Positions 9,527-19,758 of a stretch of 64,000 nucleotides of DNA are shown here, piece by piece. This stretch comes from Candidatus Thalassarchaeum betae. Lineage in GTDB: Archaea > Thermoplasmatota > Poseidoniia > Poseidoniales > Thalassarchaeaceae. The notes under the pieces are model-generated. The model made no database searches and had not been told where the DNA came from. It saw nothing but the letters and a program-made list of their open reading frames with translations. Every line of letters starts with the position of its first letter. Positions within the stretch are counted from its first letter, which is position 1. A program made the position numbers and the translations under genes. The stretch lies in contig PSPG01000007.1 of NCBI GenBank assembly GCA_003193925.1, forward strand, positions 13,612 to 77,611, in the 5' to 3' direction.

Positions 9527-11233
9527 TTGACCTCGAGTTTCGTAACCGAGGACTTCGATGCGTCAAAATGGGAGAACATCGAGCCCTACGCCAACGACCT
9601 GCTGACTAGGGAGCTGACCTGCTCAGGATGCCTCGAGAGGCTGATAAAGGACAGTTCGACGCTCGCTGAGCACGTCTCGGAAGCAGGCACCCTGCTCAGC
9701 ATCGCGATGACCTGCGACACCGAGAATTCCAGCAAACTGCAGTCCTACCTCGACTTCGTCGAGAACGTCCAGCCGAAGCTGTCCGAGTTCGCTGACGCGC
9801 TCAACAGGAGGATGGCAGGGCATCCCGCTGTCGAGGAGTTACCCTCCCGCTACGACCTGATGATCAAGTGCATCCGCACCGACATTGGAATCTTCAGGGA
9901 GGAGAACATCCCGCTTCAGGTCGAGGAGGCCAAACTCGAGACCGAGCATAGTACCATCACCGGGGCAATGATGGTCGAATACGACGGCGAGGAGAAGACC
10001 CTGCCACAGATGGCGATCTACCTCGAGGACACCGACCGCAGCGTCCGCGAGTCGGCTTGGCGGGCAATCACAGCCAGGATGGAGCAAGATGCAGAGCGGC
10101 TCTCGGAGATTTACGATGAACTGATTCGAATCCGCCATCAGATCGCCACCAATGCCGGATTCGACGACTACCGTTTCTACATCTTCGAAGCCAAGCATCG
10201 CTACGACTACTCTCTAGATGACTGTCTGCAGTTCCACGACTCGATCGAGAGCGTGTGCGTGCCTCTGATGCACCAGATACACGGGGAGAGGCGCACTGCC
10301 TTGGACGTCGAGGCCCTGCGCCCGTGGGATGTCGGTGAGAAGTCTGGCGGCGGGGTCGATATCCACGGCAGGTCGCCCCTGCAGCCTTTCGATACCGTGG
10401 ATGAGCTGATCTCCGGCTGCTCGAACATCTTCCACAGCATGTCGCCCGAGCTCGGAGGGATGTTCGACATGCTGAAGGAGAGGGACTCACTGGACCTCGA
10501 GAGCAGGAAGGGAAAGGCTCCGGGCGGGTACCAGGCTAATCTCGAGAAGACCCGAATCCCGTTCATCTTCATGAACGCAGCAGGAACCCAAGGCGACCTG
10601 ATGACGATGGTACACGAGGCGGGGCACGCCTTCCACTCGTGCTACAGCTCGGAGTTGGACCTCATCGACGAGCGCAACCCGCCACTGGAGTTCGCTGAGG
10701 TCGCTTCGATGTCGATGGAGTTGATGAGCCATCCTGAGTGGGGCGAGTTCTACAGCGAGGAGGAGGCTCGCAGGGCCAAGGCGGACCACTTGGAGAAGAT
10801 CGTCTGTTTCATGCCGTGGATGGCGACTATCGACGCCTTCCAGCACTGGGTGTACGCGAATCCGGAGCACTCCCGCGAGGAGCGCGCGGAGCACTGGCTG
10901 GAACTGAGGCGGAGGTTCGGGCCCAAGACCGACTGGAGCGGCTTCGAGGACCTGAAGGAGACTTCGTGGCAGGGCCAGCTGCACCTGTTCCAGGTGCCAT
11001 TCTACTATGTGGAGTACGGAATAGCGCAACTCGGGGCGCTGCAACTGTGGCAGTACCACAGGAGGGACGCCTCGGACGCGCTCTCGCGCTACGCTCGGGC
11101 GATGAGCCTAGGCAACACTAAGCCCCTGCCAGAATTGTTCGGAGCAGCCGGCCTGAACCTCGGTTTCGGCGAGGAGCACGTAGGCTCCCTAATCGGTGAG
11201 TTGAACGAGGCCCTGACAGAGATCCAGGCCTGA
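9527..11233 (+). CDS. pepF: M3 family oligoendopeptidase F
   Basis: HEAGHAFH zinc motif, RKGKAPGGY, EFAEVASMSME, PFYYVEY. GAGGTGA RBS upstream. Confidence 0.92.
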   Translation: MTSSFVTEDFDASKWENIEPYANDLLTRELTCSGCLERLIKDSSTLAEHVSEAGTLLSIAMTCDTENSSKLQSYLDFVENVQPKLSEFADALNRRMAGHPAVEELPSRYDLMIKCIRTDIGIFREENIPLQVEEAKLETEHSTITGAMMVEYDGEEKTLPQMAIYLEDTDRSVRESAWRAITARMEQDAERLSEIYDELIRIRHQIATNAGFDDYRFYIFEAKHRYDYSLDDCLQFHDSIESVCVPLMHQIHGERRTALDVEALRPWDVGEKSGGGVDIHGRSPLQPFDTVDELISGCSNIFHSMSPELGGMFDMLKERDSLDLESRKGKAPGGYQANLEKTRIPFIFMNAAGTQGDLMTMVHEAGHAFHSCYSSELDLIDERNPPLEFAEVASMSMELMSHPEWGEFYSEEEARRAKADHLEKIVCFMPWMATIDAFQHWVYANPEHSREERAEHWLELRRRFGPKTDWSGFEDLKETSWQGQLHLFQVPFYYVEYGIAQLGALQLWQYHRRDASDALSRYARAMSLGNTKPLPELFGAAGLNLGFGEEHVGSLIGELNEALTEIQA

Positions 11234-11281
11234 ACCGGCAGTATATTGCCACCAACGACCTAGCGGCGCAGAGGTGAGAGG

Positions 11282-12583
11282 TTGGAGAGCGTGGCTGAAG
11301 TCAGTTACTTCGGACGGCTGAGGCAGTTCAGCCGCAATGCGAGGCTGTACCTGCTCCACATCATCGGGATGGACCTCATCCACGGGGCGTGGGAGGTCCT
11401 GTTCAACCTCTACCTGCTAGCAGTGGGGTTCGATGTCAGGTTCGTCGGAATCAGGATAGCGGTACTCGGGATCGCCGGCGCTCTGGCTTCGGTTCCCGCG
11501 GGCCGTCTCGCAGACCGCATTGACCGCAAATGGGGATTCATCATCGGCGATGGCGGCGGGGCGGTTTGCGCCTTGGTCCTCATCATGTCAACTGACGCGA
11601 CAATGATCCTTGCCTTCTCGGCCGTCTCGGCCTGCTTCAGCGCTCTGCATCGCGTGACCGAGTCGCCGTTCATGGCCGAGAACTCGGAGCCCGAGGAGAG
11701 GATACACTTGTTCAGCGTGGAGCAGGGACTGTCCACCCTTGCTGCTATGGCCGGGGCCCTGATCGCAGGGTTCCTTCCAAGGTACCTGATGAGCTCGGAG
11801 GGCATGACTCTGATCGAGGCATATCGCTGGGCTGTCCATATCGGAATCGCCTGGTGGTTCCTTTCGCTGATACCGGCTATCATGCTCAGGAGGTACGTCT
11901 CGGAGGAGGTGGCCCGAGCCAGAGCCGAGGTCGAGCAGGAGAAGCGCGGCGGTTGGCTGTCTGCGATACGGACCCCGAAGACGGTGTACCACTTCGTCGT
12001 GATCGGCACCCTGCTCTCCCTAGGAGGGGGCTTCGTGCTCCGTTTGGCGAACATCTTCTTCCACTACGACCTGCATGCGCAAGAGCACCAAATCGGCATG
12101 GTGTTCGCAGCGGGCTCGTTCTTCTTAGCCATCGGTGCCTTCGCCGTGCCTCTTGTCGTAGAGAGGCTGGGGGAGGTGGCCACGATCGTGTGGACGAGGT
12201 TCGCGGCAGTCCCGTTCATCCTTCTGATCGGGTACGCACCGGAACTCGCCACGCCAGAGACAGTGGTCTCGCTGGCTGGTCTGGCTTGGGTTCTGAGAAC
12301 CACGCTGTTCAATATGTCAGGCCCGGCGTTCGAAGCCTTCAGCATGGGTCAACTGCATCCCACTGAGAGAGCGACCTACATCGGCATCTCGCACCTGTTC
12401 GGAAGCGCTATGGTTGCTGTCGGAGGCTATCTGGGGGCCGTCCTGATGGACAGCGGGGACTTCCGCACGCCATTCCTCGTGATGGCGGTGCTGTACGCCA
12501 TCTCGACTGCGTTGTTCATGCGCTGGTTCAAGGGCGCTCCGGGCCTTTCGGACCCGAGCAGCCTACGGGAATCAGTCCGTTAG
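11282..12583 (+). CDS. MFS transporter
   Basis: About 12 hydrophobic segments. Motif A-like [10 protein letters not shown]. Confidence 0.88.
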   Translation: MESVAEVSYFGRLRQFSRNARLYLLHIIGMDLIHGAWEVLFNLYLLAVGFDVRFVGIRIAVLGIAGALASVPAGRLADRIDRKWGFIIGDGGGAVCALVLIMSTDATMILAFSAVSACFSALHRVTESPFMAENSEPEERIHLFSVEQGLSTLAAMAGALIAGFLPRYLMSSEGMTLIEAYRWAVHIGIAWWFLSLIPAIMLRRYVSEEVARARAEVEQEKRGGWLSAIRTPKTVYHFVVIGTLLSLGGGFVLRLANIFFHYDLHAQEHQIGMVFAAGSFFLAIGAFAVPLVVERLGEVATIVWTRFAAVPFILLIGYAPELATPETVVSLAGLAWVLRTTLFNMSGPAFEAFSMGQLHPTERATYIGISHLFGSAMVAVGGYLGAVLMDSGDFRTPFLVMAVLYAISTALFMRWFKGAPGLSDPSSLRESVR

Positions 12584-13573
12584 GCCCTCGGATGTCACGG
12601 TGAAGACCGCCTCGCCATCAGGCAGGTTGGGGCTGTCGACAAGGCGGGCTATGCGTCGGCCCCCCTTCGACTTCCTGAGGTACAAGCGGAATGTGCTGGC
12701 GTGTGCGACGATGTGGCCGCCAATCGCCCTAGTGGGGTCCCCCCACATGGAATCGGGCTTCGACATGACCTGGTTGGTAACCAGAATCAGAGCGTTCTGG
12801 ACGTCTGCCAGCTGCTTGAGTTCCTTCATGTGGCGGTTGAGTTTCTGCTGCCTCGGAGCGAGCATGCCGCGGCCGATGTACTCGGCCCGGAAGTGACTCG
12901 TCAGCGAGTCGACGATGACCAGCTTGACGTCTATGTTCTTCGACATCCTCTTGATCTCGTCAACGAGAAGGGTCTGGTGCGCTGAATTGTACGCGCGGGC
13001 AACGTGGATCCTGTCAAGCGCGTCCTGCGGGTCGATGCCGACCCCTTCGGCCATCTGCGCTATGCGCTCGGGCCTGAACGTGTCCTCGGTGTCGATGTAG
13101 AACACCTCGCCATCGAGGCCTCCCTGGTCGAGAGGCAGGATCGTGTTGACGGCGAGCTGGAGCGCAATCTGGGTCTTTCCGCTGCCGAACTCACCGTACA
13201 CCTCGACGATGGCCTGAGTCTCGAATCCCCCCCCCAGCAACTCGTCCAGGGAGGAGGAGCCGGAAGTCAGTTTCTTCACCCGTCGGCGACGATCCAGCAG
13301 GGCTTTGCCGCTGATGAAACCGCCGATGTTGGCTATCTTCTTGGCGCCCGCGATGATCTTGGCGGCGACGGCCTCGCCCAACTCGGCCTGCTCAGCCAGC
13401 TCCACCGGGCTCATCACCGCTATCGCGAGCAACTCCTCGAATCCGGCCTCACGCAGTTTCTCCGCGGTCGCGGGACCCACTCCTGGGAGATCCTCTATCG
13501 TGTTCTCCGGCTCATCCACGTCAATCACTACCTCCTCTTCCTTTACACTCTCACTTGCAGTCTTCTTGGTCAC
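12572..13573 (-). CDS. radA: DNA repair and recombination protein RadA
   Basis: N-terminal Hh[60 protein letters not shown] start at 13573 follows an AGGTGA RBS. Confidence 0.97.
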   Translation of the reverse strand: MTKKTASESVKEEEVVIDVDEPENTIEDLPGVGPATAEKLREAGFEELLAIAVMSPVELAEQAELGEAVAAKIIAGAKKIANIGGFISGKALLDRRRRVKKLTSGSSSLDELLGGGFETQAIVEVYGEFGSGKTQIALQLAVNTILPLDQGGLDGEVFYIDTEDTFRPERIAQMAEGVGIDPQDALDRIHVARAYNSAHQTLLVDEIKRMSKNIDVKLVIVDSLTSHFRAEYIGRGMLAPRQQKLNRHMKELKQLADVQNALILVTNQVMSKPDSMWGDPTRAIGGHIVAHASTFRLYLRKSKGGRRIARLVDSPNLPDGEAVFTVTSEGLTD

Positions 13574-13711
13574 TTCTCTCACCTGTATGGCCGATATCGG
13601 GCTTCGATAGTATTTGAACAAACGATGGACCCCCTAGGGCGGTTGAAAGTGCTTCACACTGCGTACTTCCTAGGAGTGCGGCATTTTTCACTTTCAGTTC
13701 AGATTCGTTCG

Positions 13712-13789
13712 TGGTAGCGGATGGTGGATTTGAACCACCGGTCTCCGGGTTATGAGCCCGACGAGATAACCTGGCTACTCCAACCCGCT
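13712..13789 (-). tRNA. Initiator tRNA-Met (CAT)
   Basis: Reverse complement is AGCGGGTTGGAGTAGCCAGGTTATCTCGTCGGGCTCATAACCCGGAGACCGGTGGTTCAAATCCACCATCCGCTACCA. It has A1:U72, three G:C pairs in the anticodon stem, a CAT anticodon, encoded CCA and no intron. Confidence 0.96.
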
Positions 13790-13904
13790 TCGGACCCGCC
13801 GTAAACGGTTGGTTATATGAACAGCACCTTAGACGGAGGGAAGGCATGAGCGCGCATACGAACAGTCATGGGACTTCTCGCGCCGCAGCCTTTCAGGTGA
13901 GAGC

Positions 13905-15278
13905 GTGGCCGGGGACCTGCTGATTCGCAATTCTGTGATGATAGTGGGTGGGCGTGCCGTTGACGGCGATATGCGGGTGGTCGACGGGCTCATCGGCAGC
14001 ATCGCTCCTGGAGGCGGTCTCGAGCCCCGCGACGGCGAGTTGGTCATCGATGGCGATGGCTTGCACCTGCTACCCGGCGCCATCGACCCGCAAGTGCATT
14101 TCCGCGAGCCCGGGCAGCCGGAGAAGGAGGATATCGAAAGCGGCAGCAGGGCCGCTGCTGCTGGGGGGGTCACTGCCTTCCTCGACATGCCGAACAATGT
14201 CCCCATCGCGACCAGCATGGCTGCGATGCGGGACAAGCTAGACTCGGCCGCGCGCACCGCGGTGACTCATCACGGGTTCTTCATCGGGGCCACGCCAAAC
14301 AACGTCAGCGAACTACAGGCAGCGGTAGGGTCCCCCGATGCGCCCTCGCCGAGCGCCGGCATCTGCGGAATAAAGGTCTTCATGGGGAGCAGCACGGGCG
14401 ACCTGCTGGTCCACGAGCAGCAGCACCTGGAGGGCATCTTCGCTGGCACGGCGGGCATCATCGCGGTGCACGCCGAGGACGAGGACAGGCTCAACACGCG
14501 CAAGCCGGACTACGAGGACAGGACCGACGTCGCCGCGCATGCCGAGTGGCGGGACAGCGAGACCGCGTTCATCGCGACCCAGCGCGCCGCTGGGCTCGCC
14601 AATGACCATGGGCACAAGCTGCATGTCCTTCACCTGACCAGTGCACTGGAGGCAGACTGGCTGGCGAGCAACAAGGGCAGCCTGATTACCACTGAGGTCT
14701 GCCCCCAGCACCTCACTTTCGACGACAGCGACGTGGCCGAGCGTGGCACCCGCCTGGTGATGAACCCGCCAATCAGGTACGCGGGGGACCGTGAGACGCT
14801 ATGGCGCCGGCTCAAGGACGGCACCATCGACTGCATCGCCACCGATCACGCACCCCACACCCTCGACAACAAGGCCCTCGGCTTCCCCCACGCCCACGCC
14901 GGGATGCCCGGGGTGGAGAGCTCGTTGCCGCTGATGCTGACTCACGCGGCCGACGGGAGGTGCAGCGTCGCTGATGTGGCCCGCTGGATGTGCGAGGGAC
15001 CCGCACGCGTGTACGGGATGAGGGGCAAGGGCCGGCTCGAGGAGGGCATGGACGCCGATCTCGTGCTCGTCGACATGGAGACCCGCAGGTCCTTCTGCGA
15101 CGCAGACACCTGGACGCGGGTCGGCTGGACAGCTCTCGACGGGATGTCGTTGATAGGCTGGCCGATGTTCACCATCGTGGACGGCGAGGTCGTCCATTCG
15201 CGTGATGCGGGCGGGCCTCTGCGCGGAAACGCGGTCGCTTCACCCGGCTCAGTCGGGCGGGCTCTGGAATTCTCCTAA
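13905..15278 (+). CDS. pyrC: Dihydroorotase (amidohydrolase family)
   Basis: DPQVHFREPG, DMPN, VHAED, HVLHLT, EVCPQHL, MNPPIR, ATDHAPH. Confidence 0.82.
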   Translation: MAGDLLIRNSVMIVGGRAVDGDMRVVDGLIGSIAPGGGLEPRDGELVIDGDGLHLLPGAIDPQVHFREPGQPEKEDIESGSRAAAAGGVTAFLDMPNNVPIATSMAAMRDKLDSAARTAVTHHGFFIGATPNNVSELQAAVGSPDAPSPSAGICGIKVFMGSSTGDLLVHEQQHLEGIFAGTAGIIAVHAEDEDRLNTRKPDYEDRTDVAAHAEWRDSETAFIATQRAAGLANDHGHKLHVLHLTSALEADWLASNKGSLITTEVCPQHLTFDDSDVAERGTRLVMNPPIRYAGDRETLWRRLKDGTIDCIATDHAPHTLDNKALGFPHAHAGMPGVESSLPLMLTHAADGRCSVADVARWMCEGPARVYGMRGKGRLEEGMDADLVLVDMETRRSFCDADTWTRVGWTALDGMSLIGWPMFTIVDGEVVHSRDAGGPLRGNAVASPGSVGRALEFS

Positions 15279-17720
15279 TCAGCCTTCTACGGTTGCCGAG
15301 TCCTGGTCTTCCTCACCGGGATCTTCCTCGCCGTCATCGACTTTGGCTTCCTCGTCGTCATCCTCGTAGTAGTAGGTCTCGGGAGTCTCGTAGCCGGGAA
15401 GTTCGAGCTCGACCATGAGCTCGAGGTTGTCGGTCCTGTGGACCGAGGCGCCGGCGGTGGAGAAGGCGTAGACGTAGTCGCCCATGAAGATGGAGCGTCG
15501 GATGCTGGTGGAGCCGCCCCACCAGCCCGAGAGGCCGTCCTCGTTGTAGAAGTCGGAGTGGTTGACCATGCCGTGGATGCCGAGGGTGCCGTTCTCGGCG
15601 TCGACGTCGATCAATTGCAGGGTGGAGGCGAACTCGTAGCCCGAGTAGGTGTAGACGCGGCCGTCGATCTCTACTTGGTCGTACGTGTATCGATAGGTGG
15701 AGAGCGGTACAGCGAGCAGTTGCTCGGGCGCCCAGTAGGTGAACGCCTTGTGCTCGTAGGTGGCCTCGGAGTAGGACCACGACCAGCCGCAGCTCCACTC
15801 GTCGCAGTTCTCGTCCTCGTAGCCAGGCGAGAGCGGCAGGGCGTCAGCGAGGACCGGGTTGGTCGGGTCGCTGACGTCGAAGAGCGAGATCTGGGTCACG
15901 GACCAGTCGAGCCCGAGTCCGTCCGGGCCTGGCCCGATGCCAATGGTCAGGAGCGTGTCGGCGTCGATCGGGTGGATGTAGGTGGAGACGCCGGGGATCT
16001 CGAGCTCGCCGAGGATCTCGGGGTCGGTTGGGTCAGAGAGGTCGATGACCCACAGCGGGTCCATGTTGCGGAAGGTCACGAGGTAGGCGCGGTCGCCCAC
16101 GAAGCGGGCGCTCCAGATGCGCTCTCCGGCGGCGATGTCGCCGACGTGGCCAATCTCCACAAGCTCCGAGGTCTCGTCCTCGCAGCCCTCGGGAATCATG
16201 CACTCGGTGGCTGCGAGCGTGAACACGTTGTTCGTCGGCCCGGTCCACTCCTCGGTCTCGAGCCACCAGCGGCCCCAGGCGTCCTGGGTGGTAGCCACGC
16301 GGATGATGCCGTTGAGCTCAGAGAGCGAGAACTGGTCCTGCACCGTACCGTCGACCCTGCCAGATGCGACGTAGGTGGTCTCAGACGGGTCACTGATGTC
16401 GAAGATGTGAATGTTGGTCGCGTCGTCCCAGCCGGAATTGCGCCAGAACCACCACCAGTCGTTGGCGGGCTCGGCCAGAACCATGACGTCCTGAGAGGCG
16501 TAGACGTGGGCCCAAGACGAGGTGATGTGGTCGACTTCCAAGTCGACGTCGTCGCTGAACATCTGAATCGTCATAATCGTGGTGAAGCCGCGGCCGGCGC
16601 TGTCGGCGCTGGCGGCGAATTCGCTGCAGTCGCCAGAGCTGGTCGGGTGCTGGAACAGGCCCTGCGAGCCGATCTCGTAGATGTGTGGGGCGAAGTCATC
16701 CAGAGTTAGGTCATAGATGATCGCCGTGTTGGATGCTATGGTCTCCTCCATGCTCTCGTTCCAGATTTCCATCCTCTCCTCGTCGCTCTCGACGTTCCAG
16801 TAGTCCTCGGGCAAGTAGACCCAGGTACGCAGTCCCTCGATGTAAGTCCACAGGTGAGTCACCGAGCGGACGGTGCCGTCAACTAGTCGGGCGGTGTGGT
16901 AGTTGCCCTCGACGTAGATCTCGCGCTCCACCAAGGGAGCGGTTCGGTCGCTGACGTCGATGACGGTGTACTTGACTAGGTTCTGCACGCGCGTGTAGGT
17001 GTAGGAGTACTCTTCCTGACCGGGATAACTGACCGTCACCTCCTCGGACATGAACTCCCTGAGGGGGTCGTCCTGGTCGAGGCTCCAGTAGTAGATAGCC
17101 GATGCGACCACGAGCCGGTCTCCGTCGAGCATCATCTGCATCGGATAGCCCTGGATGCTCATGTTCGACTCGAGCGTGAGCTCGCCGAACTCTGGCACTC
17201 CCATAATCACCAACAGGTTTCCGTTGAGCATGTAGATGTGGTAGCCGTCGGTCTTGAGGAAGTCAGCCTCATCGACGCCCTCCTCCTGGTTGTTGGTCTC
17301 GGAGTACTCGCCCTCGCGACTCGTATCGGCGCTGTTGGATGAGCCGGCGTCGCCGTCTGCGCTGGCCACGGGAGCGCCTTCCATCATCACGTCGTCCTCC
17401 ATCCAGACGCCGCCGCCGCGCCAGACCGGGCCCGCCCAGTGCCAGTAGGACTCCTGGTCGAGCGCGACCAGCATCTCGTTGTTCACGGAGCCCTGTAGGT
17501 CAGCGAGGAGGAGTTCGCACTCGTCGTAGTTGTCGAGGACCGGCGAGGTGCGCTCGCGGGTCGGCAGATCCAGTCCGGGGTACTCCCCCTCGAGCCAGTC
17601 GAGAACGGGGTCGATCACTACGTCGTCGATATCGTCGACAACGTCGTCCATCAGGCCTAGGCAGCCTGAGCTGAGCATCATCACAAGCACCAGCATCGTA
17701 GCCGTGGGGCTTCTGTTCAT
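15279..17720 (-). CDS. Secreted beta-propeller domain lipoprotein (Beta_propel/PF09826-like)
   Basis: Lipobox SSGC, YSETNNQEEGVDEADFLKTDG, QFSLSE, GERIWSARF, YLVTFRNMDPLWVIDLSDP, LGELEIPG. ATG at 17720. Confidence 0.88.
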   Translation of the reverse strand: MNRSPTATMLVLVMMLSSGCLGLMDDVVDDIDDVVIDPVLDWLEGEYPGLDLPTRERTSPVLDNYDECELLLADLQGSVNNEMLVALDQESYWHWAGPVWRGGGVWMEDDVMMEGAPVASADGDAGSSNSADTSREGEYSETNNQEEGVDEADFLKTDGYHIYMLNGNLLVIMGVPEFGELTLESNMSIQGYPMQMMLDGDRLVVASAIYYWSLDQDDPLREFMSEEVTVSYPGQEEYSYTYTRVQNLVKYTVIDVSDRTAPLVEREIYVEGNYHTARLVDGTVRSVTHLWTYIEGLRTWVYLPEDYWNVESDEERMEIWNESMEETIASNTAIIYDLTLDDFAPHIYEIGSQGLFQHPTSSGDCSEFAASADSAGRGFTTIMTIQMFSDDVDLEVDHITSSWAHVYASQDVMVLAEPANDWWWFWRNSGWDDATNIHIFDISDPSETTYVASGRVDGTVQDQFSLSELNGIIRVATTQDAWGRWWLETEEWTGPTNNVFTLAATECMIPEGCEDETSELVEIGHVGDIAAGERIWSARFVGDRAYLVTFRNMDPLWVIDLSDPTDPEILGELEIPGVSTYIHPIDADTLLTIGIGPGPDGLGLDWSVTQISLFDVSDPTNPVLADALPLSPGYEDENCDEWSCGWSWSYSEATYEHKAFTYWAPEQLLAVPLSTYRYTYDQVEIDGRVYTYSGYEFASTLQLIDVDAENGTLGIHGMVNHSDFYNEDGLSGWWGGSTSIRRSIFMGDYVYAFSTAGASVHRTDNLELMVELELPGYETPETYYYEDDDEEAKVDDGEEDPGEEDQDSATVEG

Positions 17721-17756
17721 GCGGTGGGCGAATCGCTGGACGGATATCAAGCGGTT

Positions 17757-17776
17757 GGTGAGATGATTGGACAATT
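17757..17776 (-). promoter_or_regulatory. Shared upstream motif, copy 1 (beta-propeller gene)
   Basis: + strand GGTGAGATGATTGGACAATT begins 37 bp from the ATG. It overlaps the perfect palindrome GGACAATTGTCC (17769-17780). Confidence 0.6.
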
Positions 17777-17797
17777 GTCCGGCCTCAGGCCTCGAAT

Positions 17798-18001
17798 TCA
17801 AACCATGGGCTCGCGTGGGAAGAACGGGAGAACCAGCGCATTGCGCAGCATTGGGGCAGGGATCGGATCCTCAGTATCCTCCTCCTTCCGGGTCATGGCG
17901 TTCGTCGTTCCAACGTCTCCCTCTTCGGTACCGGAGACGAGGCCTTGCGTGCCGCTCAGGAAAATCAGCGCGGCGATGTGTAGGTCCAGGTTTCGGTCCA
18001 T
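17798..18001 (-). CDS. Small protein or gene remnant paralogous to the N-terminus of the double-dockerin protein
   Basis: First 36 aa are 25/36 identical to the N-terminus of 19759-20388. The upstream DNA is also similar. No dockerin follows. Confidence 0.6.
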   Translation of the reverse strand: MDRNLDLHIAALIFLSGTQGLVSGTEEGDVGTTNAMTRKEEDTEDPIPAPMLRNALVLPFFPREPMV

Positions 18002-18060
18002 GAACAGCAATCATCTGCATACCCGACATAAGCGGCTTGGGTCCATGAGTCACTCTTGCA

Positions 18061-18699
18061 TCAACTCCCGACCAAAGGCACGAAGCGGACGCCGCATACG
18101 TCGCTTCGGTGCAGTGCGCCGTCCTTCTCCTGCCACTTCGCCAGACGCTGCCTCCTCCACCTGCCTATAGGTGCCACTATGGTGCCGCCAGGGGTTATCT
18201 GCTCGGGCCACGCCGCGGGCAGTCTCTTGGCGCAGGCGGCTGCGATGATCGCTTCGTACGGAGCGTGCTCGATCAGGCCCGTCTGCCCGTTGGCTGCTCT
18301 CAGCGAAGCAGGGGTGAGATCCAGTTCCTCCAGAGTCGTCCTCGAGGCCTCGGCGAGCTTCGGCAGAATCTCGATCGCGTGCACCTCTAGGCCCATGTGG
18401 ACGAGAATGGCGGTCTGGTAGCCGGAGCCCGAGCCGATCTCGAGCACCTTGGCCCCCTCTTCGAGTTCGCTCAGGAGGCTGCTCATCATCGCGACGATAT
18501 ACGGCTGGCTGATGGTCTGGCCGCTACCGATGGGAACGGGGCGGTCGCCGTAAGCCAGCCCGAGCTTGCTCGAAGGCACGAAGCGGTGACGGGGAATCTC
18601 CCTCATTGCAGCTAGGACGCGCTCGTCGCTGATTCCCCGCGCCACCAGCTGCTTGTCCACCATCGCCTCCCTCTGGGAGCGTATGGCGGCGTCGCCCAT
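18061..18699 (-). CDS. pcm: Protein-L-isoaspartate O-methyltransferase
   Basis: PRHRFVP, GSGQTISQPYIVA, VLEIGSGSGYQTA, APYEAII, VRFVPLV. Confidence 0.93.
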   Translation of the reverse strand: MGDAAIRSQREAMVDKQLVARGISDERVLAAMREIPRHRFVPSSKLGLAYGDRPVPIGSGQTISQPYIVAMMSSLLSELEEGAKVLEIGSGSGYQTAILVHMGLEVHAIEILPKLAEASRTTLEELDLTPASLRAANGQTGLIEHAPYEAIIAAACAKRLPAAWPEQITPGGTIVAPIGRWRRQRLAKWQEKDGALHRSDVCGVRFVPLVGS

Positions 18700-18793
18700 C
18701 GGAGCACCTCTGGGGCGAGTTCCGCGCCTCCGGACTTGACCTTGACGGTGCGAAGTAGAAAGAAAGAAGGGGTCCGGCGATGCACGCAAGCGC

Positions 18794-19741
18794 ATGGAAG
18801 CGCCGCCGAGCCTCGCGGACGGCAGGGTAGGCAAGATCGAATACCCATCGGCCAACCCTTTCGAGATTCATCACATCCTGCGCAAGATGGACTCGGTGCC
18901 GCCCCACCCCGTATTCGGCTCCCTGCTGGTGCCCGAGCACCCGGTCAGCGAGCCAATGCCGTGCGTGGTCGCCATGCACGGGAGCCTGAACTGGTGCGGC
19001 CACCACCACGAGCACATCGTGGGCTGGCTCGAAGCCGGCTTCGCCGTCTTTAGGGTGCACAGCTTCGACTCGCGCCGCATCTGGTCCACGGTCGAGCGCC
19101 AGATGAAAGTGACATACGCCATGATGCTGACGGACGTCTTCCAGGCCCTCAGGATGTTATCCACCCACCCAGCGGTAGATCCCACCCGCATCGGGATCGC
19201 CGGGTGGAGCCTCGGCGGCACGGTCGCCCTGTACTCGGCCTGGGAGCCCATCGCCGAGGCGCTGGCACCCGGCGGCGAGCGCTTTGCAGCGCATCTCTCC
19301 TTCTATCCCGCAGCGCACCTGCGGATGGATGAGCAACGCTGGTCGCAGAGCCCCATCCTGGTACTGCACGGCTCCGAGGACGACTGGGTTCCGCTGAGCC
19401 TGGTCGAGGGGCTGGTCGAGGACATCAGACCGCACGGCGCGAACATCGAGGTTCACGTCTACGAGGGCGCGCAGCACTCGTTCGACTCGGTCGAGCCGCT
19501 GACCTTCGAACCCAAGGCCATCAGGCTGGACGGCCACATGACCGTCCGCATCGACGTGGAGGGCGACATGTCGTCGGAGATCATGCCGGGCGTGGTTATT
19601 CCGCTCAACGAACCCGAAGAGCGGTTGGCGGCCTTCGCGACCGCCCCCAACCTCGGAATCCACAAGGGGGGGCAGTGGACGGCGCGAAGGCACGCGCTTG
19701 GTTACAGCACTGAGTTCTTCCAGAGGAATCTCAGCGTCTAG
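18794..19741 (+). CDS. Dienelactone hydrolase-family alpha/beta hydrolase
   Basis: Nucleophile elbow GWSLGG, LHGSEDDWVP, YEGAQHSFD (Ser-Asp-His triad). Confidence 0.85.
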   Translation: MEAPPSLADGRVGKIEYPSANPFEIHHILRKMDSVPPHPVFGSLLVPEHPVSEPMPCVVAMHGSLNWCGHHHEHIVGWLEAGFAVFRVHSFDSRRIWSTVERQMKVTYAMMLTDVFQALRMLSTHPAVDPTRIGIAGWSLGGTVALYSAWEPIAEALAPGGERFAAHLSFYPAAHLRMDEQRWSQSPILVLHGSEDDWVPLSLVEGLVEDIRPHGANIEVHVYEGAQHSFDSVEPLTFEPKAIRLDGHMTVRIDVEGDMSSEIMPGVVIPLNEPEERLAAFATAPNLGIHKGGQWTARRHALGYSTEFFQRNLSV

Positions 19742-19758
19742 TGGTGGCTCGTCCCGCC

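Noticed and set aside
6054-13573. Inteins in Hel308 or RadA
   Set aside because: RadA is of normal length. The Hel308 insert lacks the N-terminal Cys/Ser and C-terminal His-Asn splice motifs.
13712-13789. tRNA-iMet as an integration site for a genomic island
   Set aside because: I saw no duplicate of the tRNA 3' end and no integrase in the window. The flanks are housekeeping genes (radA, pyrC).
13905-15278. QxH instead of HxH in the dihydroorotase as a sign of inactivity
   Set aside because: DPQVHFREPG is a variant I recognise from other annotated dihydroorotases, and the remaining metal and catalytic residues are present.
15438-16709. Long antisense or alternate-frame ORFs (e.g. 15438-16709, 2012-2761, 39647-40513, 58982-59791)
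   Set aside because: These are shadow ORFs expected from high GC3 codon bias opposite well-supported genes, and they have no recognisable motifs.
17720-17801. Extended TTG start of the beta-propeller ORF overlapping the small ORF stop (possible frameshift fusion)
   Set aside because: The ATG at 17720 gives a proper lipoprotein signal and has its own promoter-like elements within the extension.
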